Origin: a bacterium
Lineage (GTDB): Bacteria; JAMORN01
Direction of reading: 5' to 3'
NCBI GenBank assembly: GCA_027063545.1
Contig: JAMORN010000180.1
Coordinates: forward strand, 1 to 27,783
DNA length: 27,783 nucleotides
Shown: piece after piece, positions 9,477 through 18,656 of the stretch
Numbering within the stretch: the first letter of the stretch is position 1
How the letters are laid out: each line of letters begins with the position of its first letter
Position numbers and translations under genes: made by a program
The notes under the pieces: model-generated
Database searches by the model: none
Told to the model about the DNA's origin: nothing
The model's input: the letters and a program-made list of their open reading frames with translations, nothing else

Positions 9477-11408
9477 ATGAAAAGAACCCTTACCATTTTA
9501 TTATTTATTTTCATTTTTTTTACAGATAAAACATCTTTTTCTCAAAGCTTAAATAAAAGAGTTTTTAAACTACAATCTAATAGTTATAAAAAGTTTCATT
9601 ATAAATTAAATAGTAATAAGAAATTTTATCGACATTTCGTTTTCTTAGTAGATTTAGTAGATGGGAGATCCTTTAATAGAAGGATTTTTCCCTTAAGAGA
9701 GGCTGATATTTTAACAATAAGGGATAGGAATAATATATATAACAAAAATTTAGTGTTAGATTGTATTCTTTTTTCTAGAAAATCTCAAAGATATAAAGAA
9801 TTTTTAAAAAAATCAGAGGAAATCTTTTTAAAAGAAAGATCAAATAAGATAAAGAGCTTAATAAGAGAATATCTTTCAAAAACAATATATAAATCTGTTA
9901 CAGAAAGATTTTTTCAAAATCCAAATTATTATATAATAGAGTCATCTTTTGAAGATAATACTAAATTATTTGTTAAAATAAAAGAGAATGCTATAATGGA
10001 AGAGGATATAAAAAATATTATGAATAATATTTATCTATATATTCCATTTATTGTTGGGTCAAAGCAATGGGAAAAGACTATTGTTATAGAAAAAAAGATA
10101 AAGGATAAAAATGGGAATGTAAAAATAAAAAAAGAATACTATAAAGAATATTATACAAAAATTTTTATAAAAGAGTATATATTTAAAATCTTTATAAAAG
10201 ATTCCAATAACATTATAATAACTTTATATAAAGAAAAAAAGAGAACTATAAGTGATAGCTATAGAGTTGACTATAAAAATAGAAGTTTCTATTATTATAG
10301 ATATACATTTTATAAAGCTTTAAGAAATTTTTATTATAGCTATAAAGAGGCAGAAGATCCTATTTTTAATCTTTATTATAGTGGTTTTAAATCTCAAATA
10401 ATAGAAAAATATGATAATAAGTTGGGTTTTGCTATAAATAAAACTTTTGCAAAAAGAACAAAAATAAAACAGGGAGATATTATATATATATTAGAAAAAG
10501 AAAAAAATAAAATTAGACAATCAGGCTGGGGTGTTATCTATAGAAAAGAAGATGAAAACATAGATCCTAATTTTTATTTATATAAATCTATGCTTGTTAA
10601 AGGAAATGCAGATTTATATGATGAGGTAAAAATAAAAAGACAAAGTTTATTCAGAGAATATATGTTTATGTATGCAGGAATAACAGATATACCAGCCTCT
10701 TTTATTATAGATACTACTGTTGAGAATAGATTAATTGATAAGATAAGAACATACCAGACAGCATATGCTTTAAATTTTGGCTTAGGTTTTAAAACCGTAG
10801 GAATTCAATATTTAACAGCCTTTTATTTCCATTTATCTATGATAGATTTAGTTTATTTACCTGTACTTGATGGAGGACATTTTTCTTTAAATTATCATGC
10901 TAGGGATACTGTAGATGGAGAGATAGTAAGCGATAGTGTATATACTTTGACAGGAGATATTTATGGTTTTTTTATGGCAAATTATGGGATAGGTTTGGAA
11001 TATAGACAATTTCTCAGACAAGGATTTTATTTTTCTGTAGGTTTTTATTTTATATTTTCCTTTTTATATAATAATGTATATAATGAATATTATGTAGAAG
11101 ATGATACTCTTAATGTAGAATTTTATACTTCAATGTTTTTAGGGAAAAGAATTGATCTAGGCATAAAATATCTTTTAAATCCTAATGTAATGTTTGATTT
11201 TTCTTTATCTTTTTTTGCTTATCAGAAATCATTTAATTCTTATTTTTCTGTATATAAAGAAGTAGAATACTACGATGAAGAAGATACTATAAAAACAAAA
11301 AGAATTTACTTAGATGAAAACTTAGATAAACGCTATACACCAATTTATTTTCAAAATAACAGAAACTTAGGGTTTTCCATAAGAGTTATTTATATGCCAA
11401 ATATATAA
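9477..11408 (+). CDS. Large exported hypothetical protein, probable C-terminal outer-membrane beta-barrel
   Basis: Signal-peptide-like N-terminus MKRTLTILLFIFIFF...SFS; C-terminal third has alternating aromatic/Gly strands (YALNFGLGFK, YGIGLEYRQF, IDLGIKYLL, LGFSIRVIY). Confidence 0.7.
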   Translation: MKRTLTILLFIFIFFTDKTSFSQSLNKRVFKLQSNSYKKFHYKLNSNKKFYRHFVFLVDLVDGRSFNRRIFPLREADILTIRDRNNIYNKNLVLDCILFSRKSQRYKEFLKKSEEIFLKERSNKIKSLIREYLSKTIYKSVTERFFQNPNYYIIESSFEDNTKLFVKIKENAIMEEDIKNIMNNIYLYIPFIVGSKQWEKTIVIEKKIKDKNGNVKIKKEYYKEYYTKIFIKEYIFKIFIKDSNNIIITLYKEKKRTISDSYRVDYKNRSFYYYRYTFYKALRNFYYSYKEAEDPIFNLYYSGFKSQIIEKYDNKLGFAINKTFAKRTKIKQGDIIYILEKEKNKIRQSGWGVIYRKEDENIDPNFYLYKSMLVKGNADLYDEVKIKRQSLFREYMFMYAGITDIPASFIIDTTVENRLIDKIRTYQTAYALNFGLGFKTVGIQYLTAFYFHLSMIDLVYLPVLDGGHFSLNYHARDTVDGEIVSDSVYTLTGDIYGFFMANYGIGLEYRQFLRQGFYFSVGFYFIFSFLYNNVYNEYYVEDDTLNVEFYTSMFLGKRIDLGIKYLLNPNVMFDFSLSFFAYQKSFNSYFSVYKEVEYYDEEDTIKTKRIYLDENLDKRYTPIYFQNNRNLGFSIRVIYMPNI

Positions 11409-11420
11409 AGAACCTATACT

Positions 11421-12380
11421 TTATAACTTCAATTTAAATGAAATATTTCTTGAGATAATATTATCCTCATCTATAACCTGAGAAACAGAAAGATTTAGTT
11501 TTCTAAGATTTAGCTTTATACCCATACCCTTTTCTTTATAATATGAAATAGCACCAAAAACTTCAATAACATTAGTAATACCAAGATCTCCTCCAACTTT
11601 TATGTCTTTATTATCAAGAAAAATAGAGTTATCAGATAAAGTTATCTTTAAAAATTGACCTTTTTCTTTATTTTCAAATATTTTATAACTTAAACCTGTT
11701 GATACATACATAGGAGAATATTCAAGGGTATCATCCCCTTTTGTTTTTAACATACTAGCACCGAAACTATTAAAAACTAAAGAGATGTTAAGATTTTTAT
11801 TAACTTTGTATAAAAAACCTAAATCAACAGATGAACCATAAATAGATGTTATTTCTATGTTTCTATATAAGAAATTAAATGAAATGCCAAAATACAGTTT
11901 TTTATTGTATTTTTTACTAATTATTGTTTTAAATAATATATCATAGGCCTCTCTTTCTATAACAAAGTCTGGATCCCAGTAATAATAAGAGGTTTCTTCA
12001 TCATAAGGTAAATAAGTTGTTTGATACCATTTCCCATAGTTTATCCAATCAAGATATAGAAAAACATTTGTGTTTGATGATAAATCAAGTTTTGTTTGTA
12101 TATTGTCAATAGTGTATAAATTTTCAAACATACTTTGATGGGAATAAAATAAAAAGTTTTCTTTAAAAAAGAAGCCTAAAGCAGGATTTATACTATAGTT
12201 TGGAGAATTTCTATCTATAAGAGAAATATCAGAAAAAAGCATTCCTATTGATTTTGCATTATTATATGATGAAAAGTTAAAATTTGAATATGTAGAAACA
12301 AACTCATAAGAAAGTATCTTTTTATAGAAAATTAAAGAAAAGAATAAAAATAATATTAAAAAAAATCTATTTCTTCTCAT
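11421..12380 (-). CDS. PorV/PorQ-like (FadL-type) outer-membrane beta-barrel protein
   Basis: Signal peptide MRRNRFFLILFLFFSLIF; NAKSIGML...INPA matches the ARxxGMG...NPA hatch motif; strands LYFGISFNF, VDLGFLYK, VSTGLSYK; ends in ISFKLKL. Confidence 0.7.
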   Translation of the reverse strand: MRRNRFFLILFLFFSLIFYKKILSYEFVSTYSNFNFSSYNNAKSIGMLFSDISLIDRNSPNYSINPALGFFFKENFLFYSHQSMFENLYTIDNIQTKLDLSSNTNVFLYLDWINYGKWYQTTYLPYDEETSYYYWDPDFVIEREAYDILFKTIISKKYNKKLYFGISFNFLYRNIEITSIYGSSVDLGFLYKVNKNLNISLVFNSFGASMLKTKGDDTLEYSPMYVSTGLSYKIFENKEKGQFLKITLSDNSIFLDNKDIKVGGDLGITNVIEVFGAISYYKEKGMGIKLNLRKLNLSVSQVIDEDNIISRNISFKLKL

Positions 12381-12939
12381 TTTTATATAACTCTATCAGT
12401 TCAAAAACGTTTAGGTTTTTTATTTTATCATTATTTTTATTATATCCTATTTTTTCAATATACTTAAAAATTAGGGCAAAATCTATACTTTCTATCTCTA
12501 AAAAAGTAGGAATAAAACTATAATCATTTAAATATGTATCAATAGCAAAGGTTAATTTTATATTTGTATCGGAATCTATTATATGATATTGGATTCTCTC
12601 TTTTTCTATATCTAATATAGGATAAAACCCTAAATTTGTCAAAATAAAATTAAGATTATCAAAATCTGAAATTTCAACCTCAGTTTCTTTATGAAAAACA
12701 AAATTATCCTCTTTTGTTTTATCTTTTAATGTTAGAAGAACTTTTTCACCTTCTTTTCTTAATCTAAGAGTTTTTTTTATGTCCCTTAAATTGAAATGTT
12801 TGTTATTATAATATATTGCTCTAAAATATTTTTTAAAATCAAAAATAGCACCTATAGCTTCAAGTTTTTTAATAATTTCAGTTTTATTAATCTCTAAGAT
12901 TTTTAGTTCTTTTTCTTGAAATTCTTTATTATTCATCAT
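12367..12939 (-). CDS. CYTH-domain protein (class IV adenylate cyclase / triphosphate tunnel metalloenzyme)
   Basis: ExExK signature EKELK, TLRLRKEG, LTLK, ETEVEI, KER, FLEIE. Start probably the ATG at 12939 or 12936. Confidence 0.9.
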   Translation of the reverse strand: MMNNKEFQEKELKILEINKTEIIKKLEAIGAIFDFKKYFRAIYYNNKHFNLRDIKKTLRLRKEGEKVLLTLKDKTKEDNFVFHKETEVEISDFDNLNFILTNLGFYPILDIEKERIQYHIIDSDTNIKLTFAIDTYLNDYSFIPTFLEIESIDFALIFKYIEKIGYNKNNDKIKNLNVFELIELYKNEKK

Positions 12940-13018
12940 TTGTTTTAAATATACAAAAAACAACATTAAAATATAAAGTTTTTTGCTAAATTTAAGTTTA
13001 AAAAATTATTTTATAAAT

Positions 13019-13951
13019 ATGATGTTAAATGAATGGATAAATAAAAATATACCAGATTTGTCATCTAGAATTGAAGAAATCAATAATCAAGATTTTTTAT
13101 TGACACAAACAATTGGTATAGCAGGTCTAGAATCTGTTTATAGAGTTTTGGAAAATTTGAAAGCATCTTTATTCCCAGGTGTATTTGAGAAATATCCTAT
13201 TGAAGAGGAAAGAATAAATATTTTTATAGGAAATAAATTGAGAGAAGCAGCAACAGATCTAGCTTTTTTAATAGAAAAAGTTTTAAAATATACATGCGAA
13301 CATGAGCATAAAAACTCTTGTACACAATGCAAACAAAAGGCTGAGGAGATAACCATAGATTTATTAAAAAATTTGCCAAAAATTAGAGAAATTTTATCAA
13401 CAGATATTATAGCAGCCTATAATGGAGATCCTGCAGCAAAATCTTTTGAAGAGATAATATTAAGTTATCCATCTATTAAGGCTATTTCTACTTATAGAAT
13501 AGCCCATTTTTTATATAAAAAGAAAGTACCTTTAATACCTAGAATAATGACAGAATTTGCCCATCAAGAAACAGGAATAGATATACATCCAGGAGCAGAG
13601 ATAGGAGAATACTTTTTTATAGATCATGGAACAGGGGTTGTAATAGGAGAGACTTGTGTTATAGGTAAAAATGTTAAGATTTATCAAGGAGTTACTTTAG
13701 GGGCTAAAAGTTTTCCTTTAGATGAAAATGGAAATCCTATAAAAGGTATAAAAAGACATCCTAATATAGAGGATAATGTTATTATATATTCAGGAGCAAC
13801 AATTTTAGGGGGAGATACAACAATAGGGCATGATTCTATAATAGGTGGTAATGTATGGCTAACCCATTCTGTTCCACCATATTCAAGGGTTTATAATGCC
13901 CAACCAGAGCCTATAATAAAAGTAGGTAAAAAACCTACATCTGACGAATAA
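13019..13951 (+). CDS. cysE: Serine O-acetyltransferase, EpsC/CysE type
   Basis: GDPAA, SYP, YRIAH, TGIDIHPGA.IG..FFIDHGTGVVIGET hexapeptide repeats, VKIYQGVTLG, KRHP, IGGNVWL. Start uncertain (track 12983 TTG; ATG 13019 preferred). Confidence 0.93.
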   Translation: MMLNEWINKNIPDLSSRIEEINNQDFLLTQTIGIAGLESVYRVLENLKASLFPGVFEKYPIEEERINIFIGNKLREAATDLAFLIEKVLKYTCEHEHKNSCTQCKQKAEEITIDLLKNLPKIREILSTDIIAAYNGDPAAKSFEEIILSYPSIKAISTYRIAHFLYKKKVPLIPRIMTEFAHQETGIDIHPGAEIGEYFFIDHGTGVVIGETCVIGKNVKIYQGVTLGAKSFPLDENGNPIKGIKRHPNIEDNVIIYSGATILGGDTTIGHDSIIGGNVWLTHSVPPYSRVYNAQPEPIIKVGKKPTSDE

Positions 13952-13975
13952 TCTCTTTTTTAAGGGGGAAATAAA

Positions 13976-15076
13976 TTGATTGAACTTTCTCCAAAACTTA
14001 ATACTCTAACACCATATATACCAGGTGAACAACCAAAAAATTTAGAAGAATTTATTAAATTAAATACTAATGAAAATCCATATCCTCCCAGTAAAAATGT
14101 TGATAACTTGTTGAAAACATTTGAAGTAGATAATTTAAGATTATATCCACCACCGCATTTGGAGGATTTAAGAGAAGTTATAGGAAGTTTTTATGGTGTT
14201 AGCGGAGAAAATGTTTTTGTTGGAAATGGGTCTGATGAGGTTTTAGGTTTTAGTTTTTTTGCTTTTTTTTATGGAAAGAAAAAGAAGATTTTAATACCTG
14301 AGATTTCATATTCTTTTTATCCTGTTTTTGCACGTTTATTTGATATAGAGTTTGAAGAGATTCCTTTAAGAGAGGATTTTTCTATAGATTTAGATATATT
14401 TTTAGAGAAAAGTTCTATATGTGGAGGAATTGTTTTTGCAAATCCCAATGCACCTACATCTTTAGGAATAGATAGTAAAAGGTTAGAAGCTTTTCTTGAA
14501 AGTTTAGATCCAAATATTCCAGTTATAGTTGATGAGGCTTATATGGATTTTTATGGGGATAGTATTGTAAATTTAGTAAAAAGATTTAAAAATCTCCTTG
14601 TAGTAAGGACTTTTTCAAAAAGTTTTGCTTTAGCAGGTATAAGATTTGGCTTTGCTATAGGAGATAGTTTTTTGATAGACTCTTTATTTAAGGTTAGGGA
14701 TAGTTTTAATTCCTATACAATAAATATGCTAACCTATGAAATAGCAAAATCTGTTTTTGAAGATATAGATTACTATAATGAAATTGTGAGTAAAATAATT
14801 AAAACGCGAGAAAGGGTAAAAAATAGTTTAAAGGAAATGGGATTAGAAGTTTTTGACTCAAAAACAAACTTTTTATTTATAAGGATAGATAAAGAAAAAT
14901 TTAATATAGATGCAGAGAATGTTTATTTAAAATTAAAAGAGAATAAAATTTTAGTAAGATATTTTAATTCCCCTGAAAAAATAAAGGATTTTATTAGAGT
15001 TACAATAGGAAAAGATGAAGAGATGGATATATTTTTAGAAAAATTAGGGGGAATATTGGGTGCTTTCAAAGGTTAA
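13976..15076 (+). CDS. hisC: Histidinol-phosphate aminotransferase
   Basis: YIPGEQP, KLNTNENPYPP, GNGSDE, NPNAPT, DEAYMDF, RTFSK (PLP lysine)...AGIRFG; SD AAGGGGG before TTG. Confidence 0.93.
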   Translation: MIELSPKLNTLTPYIPGEQPKNLEEFIKLNTNENPYPPSKNVDNLLKTFEVDNLRLYPPPHLEDLREVIGSFYGVSGENVFVGNGSDEVLGFSFFAFFYGKKKKILIPEISYSFYPVFARLFDIEFEEIPLREDFSIDLDIFLEKSSICGGIVFANPNAPTSLGIDSKRLEAFLESLDPNIPVIVDEAYMDFYGDSIVNLVKRFKNLLVVRTFSKSFALAGIRFGFAIGDSFLIDSLFKVRDSFNSYTINMLTYEIAKSVFEDIDYYNEIVSKIIKTRERVKNSLKEMGLEVFDSKTNFLFIRIDKEKFNIDAENVYLKLKENKILVRYFNSPEKIKDFIRVTIGKDEEMDIFLEKLGGILGAFKG

Positions 15077-16592
15077 TAGTGGAGCACTTTTGGGCCTTAA
15101 CTTTATAAAGGTTATTTGTGAGATAGATATATCAACAAAGGGATTTCCTGCTTATTTTCTTGTAGGTCTTCCAGATAATGCTGTAAAAGAATCTAGAGAG
15201 AGAATAATTTCTGCAATTAAAAATTCTGGTTTTGAATTTCCATCTAATGATAGAATAACAATAAATTTGGCACCAGCAGATTTAAAAAAAGAAGGGAGTT
15301 TATATGATCTTCCTATAGCTATAGGTATTTTAATAGGAGCAGAAAAAATATATCCAAAGATTAATTTAGATGATTTTGTTTTTTTAGGAGAATTATCCTT
15401 AGATGGTAGTTTAAGGCCAGTTAAAGGCGTTTTGCCAATAACAGCAGGTCTTAAAAAATATGGTATAAAAAACATAATTGTTCCATTTGAGAATAGATTT
15501 GAGGCAAGTATTGTAAAGGAAGTAAATGTATATGCTTTTAAAACTTTAAAAGAGGTTGTGGATTTTCTAACAGGAAAATTGAAAAAAGACCCTTTTAAAG
15601 ATGATACAAAAAGTATTAACAGCTTATCAACATATAATATAGATTTTAAGGATGTAAAAGGGCATTTTCATGCCAAAAGGGCTATAACAATTGCTGCAGC
15701 AGGAGGGCATAATATTTTAATGATAGGGCCTCCTGGTAGTGGAAAATCAATGCTTGCTAAGAGAATACCAACAATTTTACCAGATTTAACTTATGAGGAG
15801 ATGCTTGAGACAACAAAGATTTATTCAATAGGAGGATTATTAACAGAGGATACACCACTTATAACCAAAAGACCATTTAGAGCTCCACATCATACAACAA
15901 GTAGTGTTGCTTTAATTGGGGGAGGAAGTAGTTTAAAACCGGGAGAGGTTTCTTTAGCCCACAATGGTGTGTTATTTTTAGATGAACTTCCAGAGTTTAA
16001 AAGAGGTGTTTTGGAGGTTTTGAGAGAACCTCTTGAGAATGGTTATGTGACAATTTCTCGGGCAAGAGGAAGCGTGAGATATCCAGCAAGGTTTATGTTT
16101 GTTGCTGCTATGAATCCTTGTCCTTGTGGATATTATGGGGATCCTGAGCATACTTGTAGTTGTTCTTTATCTGAAATAAAAAGATACAGATCAAAGGTAA
16201 GTGGTCCTTTACTTGATAGAATAGATATTTATCTTGATGTACCAAGGGTTGATGTGGAAAAATTAATGGAGGACGAAATGTCAGAAAGTTCTTTAGAAAT
16301 GAAAAATAAGGTTGTAAAGGCAAGGGAGATTCAGTATTTTAGATATAAAAGACATAAAAATATTCTATTAAATTCTCATTTGCCACCTAATTTAATAGAA
16401 AAGTATGTTATACTTTCGAAAGAAGCTAAAAATATATTAAAAATGGCGATAAAAAAATTCAATATATCAAATAGGGGTTTTCATAGAATTCTAAAACTAT
16501 CAAGAACAATAGCAGATATAGATAATTCAGAAAAAGTAGATGAAAAACATATTTTAGAAGCTATAGGTTATAGAACATCTCTGGAATTATAA
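15060..16592 (+). CDS. comM: YifB/ComM family Mg-chelatase-like AAA+ ATPase
   Basis: NLAPADLKKEG, GELSLDG, Walker A GPPGSGKS, RPFRAPHH, PGEVSLAHNGVLFLDE, MNPCPCG, SGPLLDRID. Confidence 0.95.
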   Translation: MLSKVNSGALLGLNFIKVICEIDISTKGFPAYFLVGLPDNAVKESRERIISAIKNSGFEFPSNDRITINLAPADLKKEGSLYDLPIAIGILIGAEKIYPKINLDDFVFLGELSLDGSLRPVKGVLPITAGLKKYGIKNIIVPFENRFEASIVKEVNVYAFKTLKEVVDFLTGKLKKDPFKDDTKSINSLSTYNIDFKDVKGHFHAKRAITIAAAGGHNILMIGPPGSGKSMLAKRIPTILPDLTYEEMLETTKIYSIGGLLTEDTPLITKRPFRAPHHTTSSVALIGGGSSLKPGEVSLAHNGVLFLDELPEFKRGVLEVLREPLENGYVTISRARGSVRYPARFMFVAAMNPCPCGYYGDPEHTCSCSLSEIKRYRSKVSGPLLDRIDIYLDVPRVDVEKLMEDEMSESSLEMKNKVVKAREIQYFRYKRHKNILLNSHLPPNLIEKYVILSKEAKNILKMAIKKFNISNRGFHRILKLSRTIADIDNSEKVDEKHILEAIGYRTSLEL

Positions 16593-16671
16593 TTGATAAA
16601 ATAAATATCTTTTTTTATATTTTTTTTAATCCCTATATTAAATCTATCAACACAAGGAGAAAAGTTGTTTT

Positions 16672-17553
16672 ATGAAAATCTGTGATATTTTAAAAGAAAA
16701 GTTCACCATAAGTTTTGAGTTTTTTCCTCCAAAAACAAGAGAAGGCGAGGAAAATCTTTTTAATACAATTAATGATTTATTAACATTTAATAAAGATTTT
16801 AACCCAGATTTTGTTTCTATCACATTTGGAGCCGGCGGTACCACAAAAGATAAGACATTTGAGATAACAAAGAAAATAAAAGATAAATACAACTTAACTA
16901 TTTTAGAGCATTTTACATGTTATGGTTTATCTAAGAAAGATATAGAAACTTATTTAAAAAGAATAAAAGATATAGGTATAGAGAATATTTTAGCATTAAG
17001 AGGGGATAAACCAAGAAACATAGAAGATTTTGTTCCACCACCAGATACTTTAAATTATGCTAGTGAATTAGTGGAGTTTATAAAGAATATAGATAAAAGT
17101 TTTTGTATAGGAGTTGCTGGTTATCCAGAGGGACATCCTAAGGCACCTTCATTGGAAAAAGATATTGAATATTTAAAATTAAAGCTGGATAAAGGGGCTT
17201 CTTTTGTTATTACTCAGCTTTTTTTTGATAATAATGATTTTTATAGATATATAGAGTTAGTAAGGAAAAAAGGTATAGAAGCTCCTATAATTCCGGGAAT
17301 TTTACCTATTATAAGTTGGACAAATCTAGAGAGATTTACACAACTTTCTGGAGCAAAATTACCCCAAAAAATTTATGAGGATTTATACCCTCATAAAGAT
17401 GATAAAGATTATATTATAAAATATGGGATTGAATTTTCTATAAAACAAATAGAGGATTTAATAGAGTTTGGTATACCAGGTATTCATATTTTTACTTTAA
17501 ATAAAAGTTATTCATCCAAAATGATTTTAAAAGAAATCTTAAAAAAAATCTAA
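16672..17553 (+). CDS. metF: 5,10-methylenetetrahydrofolate reductase
   Basis: SFEFFPPK, VSITFGAGG, ILALRGD, AGYPEGHP, ITQLFFD, PIIPGILPI, GIHIFTLN. Confidence 0.97.
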   Translation: MKICDILKEKFTISFEFFPPKTREGEENLFNTINDLLTFNKDFNPDFVSITFGAGGTTKDKTFEITKKIKDKYNLTILEHFTCYGLSKKDIETYLKRIKDIGIENILALRGDKPRNIEDFVPPPDTLNYASELVEFIKNIDKSFCIGVAGYPEGHPKAPSLEKDIEYLKLKLDKGASFVITQLFFDNNDFYRYIELVRKKGIEAPIIPGILPIISWTNLERFTQLSGAKLPQKIYEDLYPHKDDKDYIIKYGIEFSIKQIEDLIEFGIPGIHIFTLNKSYSSKMILKEILKKI

Positions 17554-17567
17554 AGAAGGGGGTGATT

Positions 17568-18620
17568 ATGGCCGATAGAAATAAAAGAGGCAAGCCAGGG
17601 AAGGTAACAAAGTCGCCAGGGAAGGAAGAGCCTCAAGTTGATCCAAAATTAAAAGAATGGCTTCAAAAAAATACGTATCATTATAGTGATTTCTCAGATA
17701 TATCTAAGTTAGTAAAGGCTAAACAAAAGAAGGATTTAAAAATTTCAGTAGTTATTCCAACGCTGAATGAAGAATCTACTATAGGTTATGAAGTAGAGCT
17801 TATAAGACTTGAATATATGGAGGCTCATGGGTTAGTTGATGAGATAATAGTTGTTGATTCAGGCTCTATTGATGCCACAGTAGAAATAGCTCGAGATGCG
17901 GGTGCTACTGTTTATTATGCAGCAGATATTCTTCCGCAATATGGTACTTATTTAGGAAAAGGAGAAAATCTTTGGAAGAGTTTATACGTAGCAAAAGGTG
18001 ATATTATTTTATGGATAGATGCAGATATAAAAAATGTTTCAGGAAGATTTATATATGGTATTTTAGGACCTCTTCTTTTAAGAGATGATGTTTTATATTC
18101 AAAGGCTTTTTATCAAAGACCTCTTCATACTCCAGATGGAGTTTTAGCAGCAGGTGGAGGAAGGGTAACAGAGATTTTAATAAGGCCTCTTTTTAATTAT
18201 TTCTTTAAAGATTTAACAGGATTATTTCAACCTTTAAGTGGTGAGTATGCAGGTTATAGAACTCTTTTAGAGAAACTTCCATTTTCAACAGGTTATGGAG
18301 TAGAGACAGGTCTTTTAATAGATATATATGAGAATTTTGGTCTTGATAAAATTGCTCAGGTAGATTTAAATAAGAGAATTCATAGAAATAGACCTATAGA
18401 GGAACTTTCAAAAATGGCTTTTCAAATATTAAAAACTTTTATTAGAAAATGTGAGGATTATGGTTATCTAAAAGTAAATAAGAGAGAAGATATAAAGTTT
18501 TTTAATAGATTAATTTCAGAAAGAGAGAATTATAACATTTTAAGTGAGTATATTGATTATATTGAAAGACCTCCAATGATTGAAATAAAAGAGTATAGAG
18601 AGAAATTTTCTATAAAATAA
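17568..18620 (+). CDS. gpgS: Glucosyl-3-phosphoglycerate synthase (GT81; GpgS / actinobacterial-type MpgS family)
   Basis: VVIPTLNEE, VDSGS.D.T, GKGENLWKSL, IDAD (DxD), KAFYQRP, GGRVTE, QPLSGEYA, GYGVE.GLLID, RIHRNR. SD AAGGGGG 5 nt before ATG 17568. Confidence 0.9.
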   Translation: MADRNKRGKPGKVTKSPGKEEPQVDPKLKEWLQKNTYHYSDFSDISKLVKAKQKKDLKISVVIPTLNEESTIGYEVELIRLEYMEAHGLVDEIIVVDSGSIDATVEIARDAGATVYYAADILPQYGTYLGKGENLWKSLYVAKGDIILWIDADIKNVSGRFIYGILGPLLLRDDVLYSKAFYQRPLHTPDGVLAAGGGRVTEILIRPLFNYFFKDLTGLFQPLSGEYAGYRTLLEKLPFSTGYGVETGLLIDIYENFGLDKIAQVDLNKRIHRNRPIEELSKMAFQILKTFIRKCEDYGYLKVNKREDIKFFNRLISERENYNILSEYIDYIERPPMIEIKEYREKFSIK

Positions 18621-18623
18621 CTT

Positions 18624-18656
18624 AAAAAAAGGGAGAGACTACTATTCGTCTCTCCC
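18624..18656 (-). terminator. Intrinsic terminator overlapping the end of the BI-1/YccA gene
   Basis: On minus: GGGAGAGAC-gaatagta-GTCTCTCCC followed by T7; perfect 9-bp stem. Confidence 0.88.

Noticed and set aside
16593-16671. SAM riboswitch or T-box upstream of metF
   Set aside because: The 79-nt gap is almost entirely A/T with no conserved riboswitch core.
17551-17578. TAAA-N16-GCCGATAG, a second sigma-28-like motif
   Set aside because: The spacer is 16 rather than 15, and the -10 box is the codons right after the gpgS ATG, which has its own strong SD; no nearby downstream in-frame start exists. Probably coincidence.
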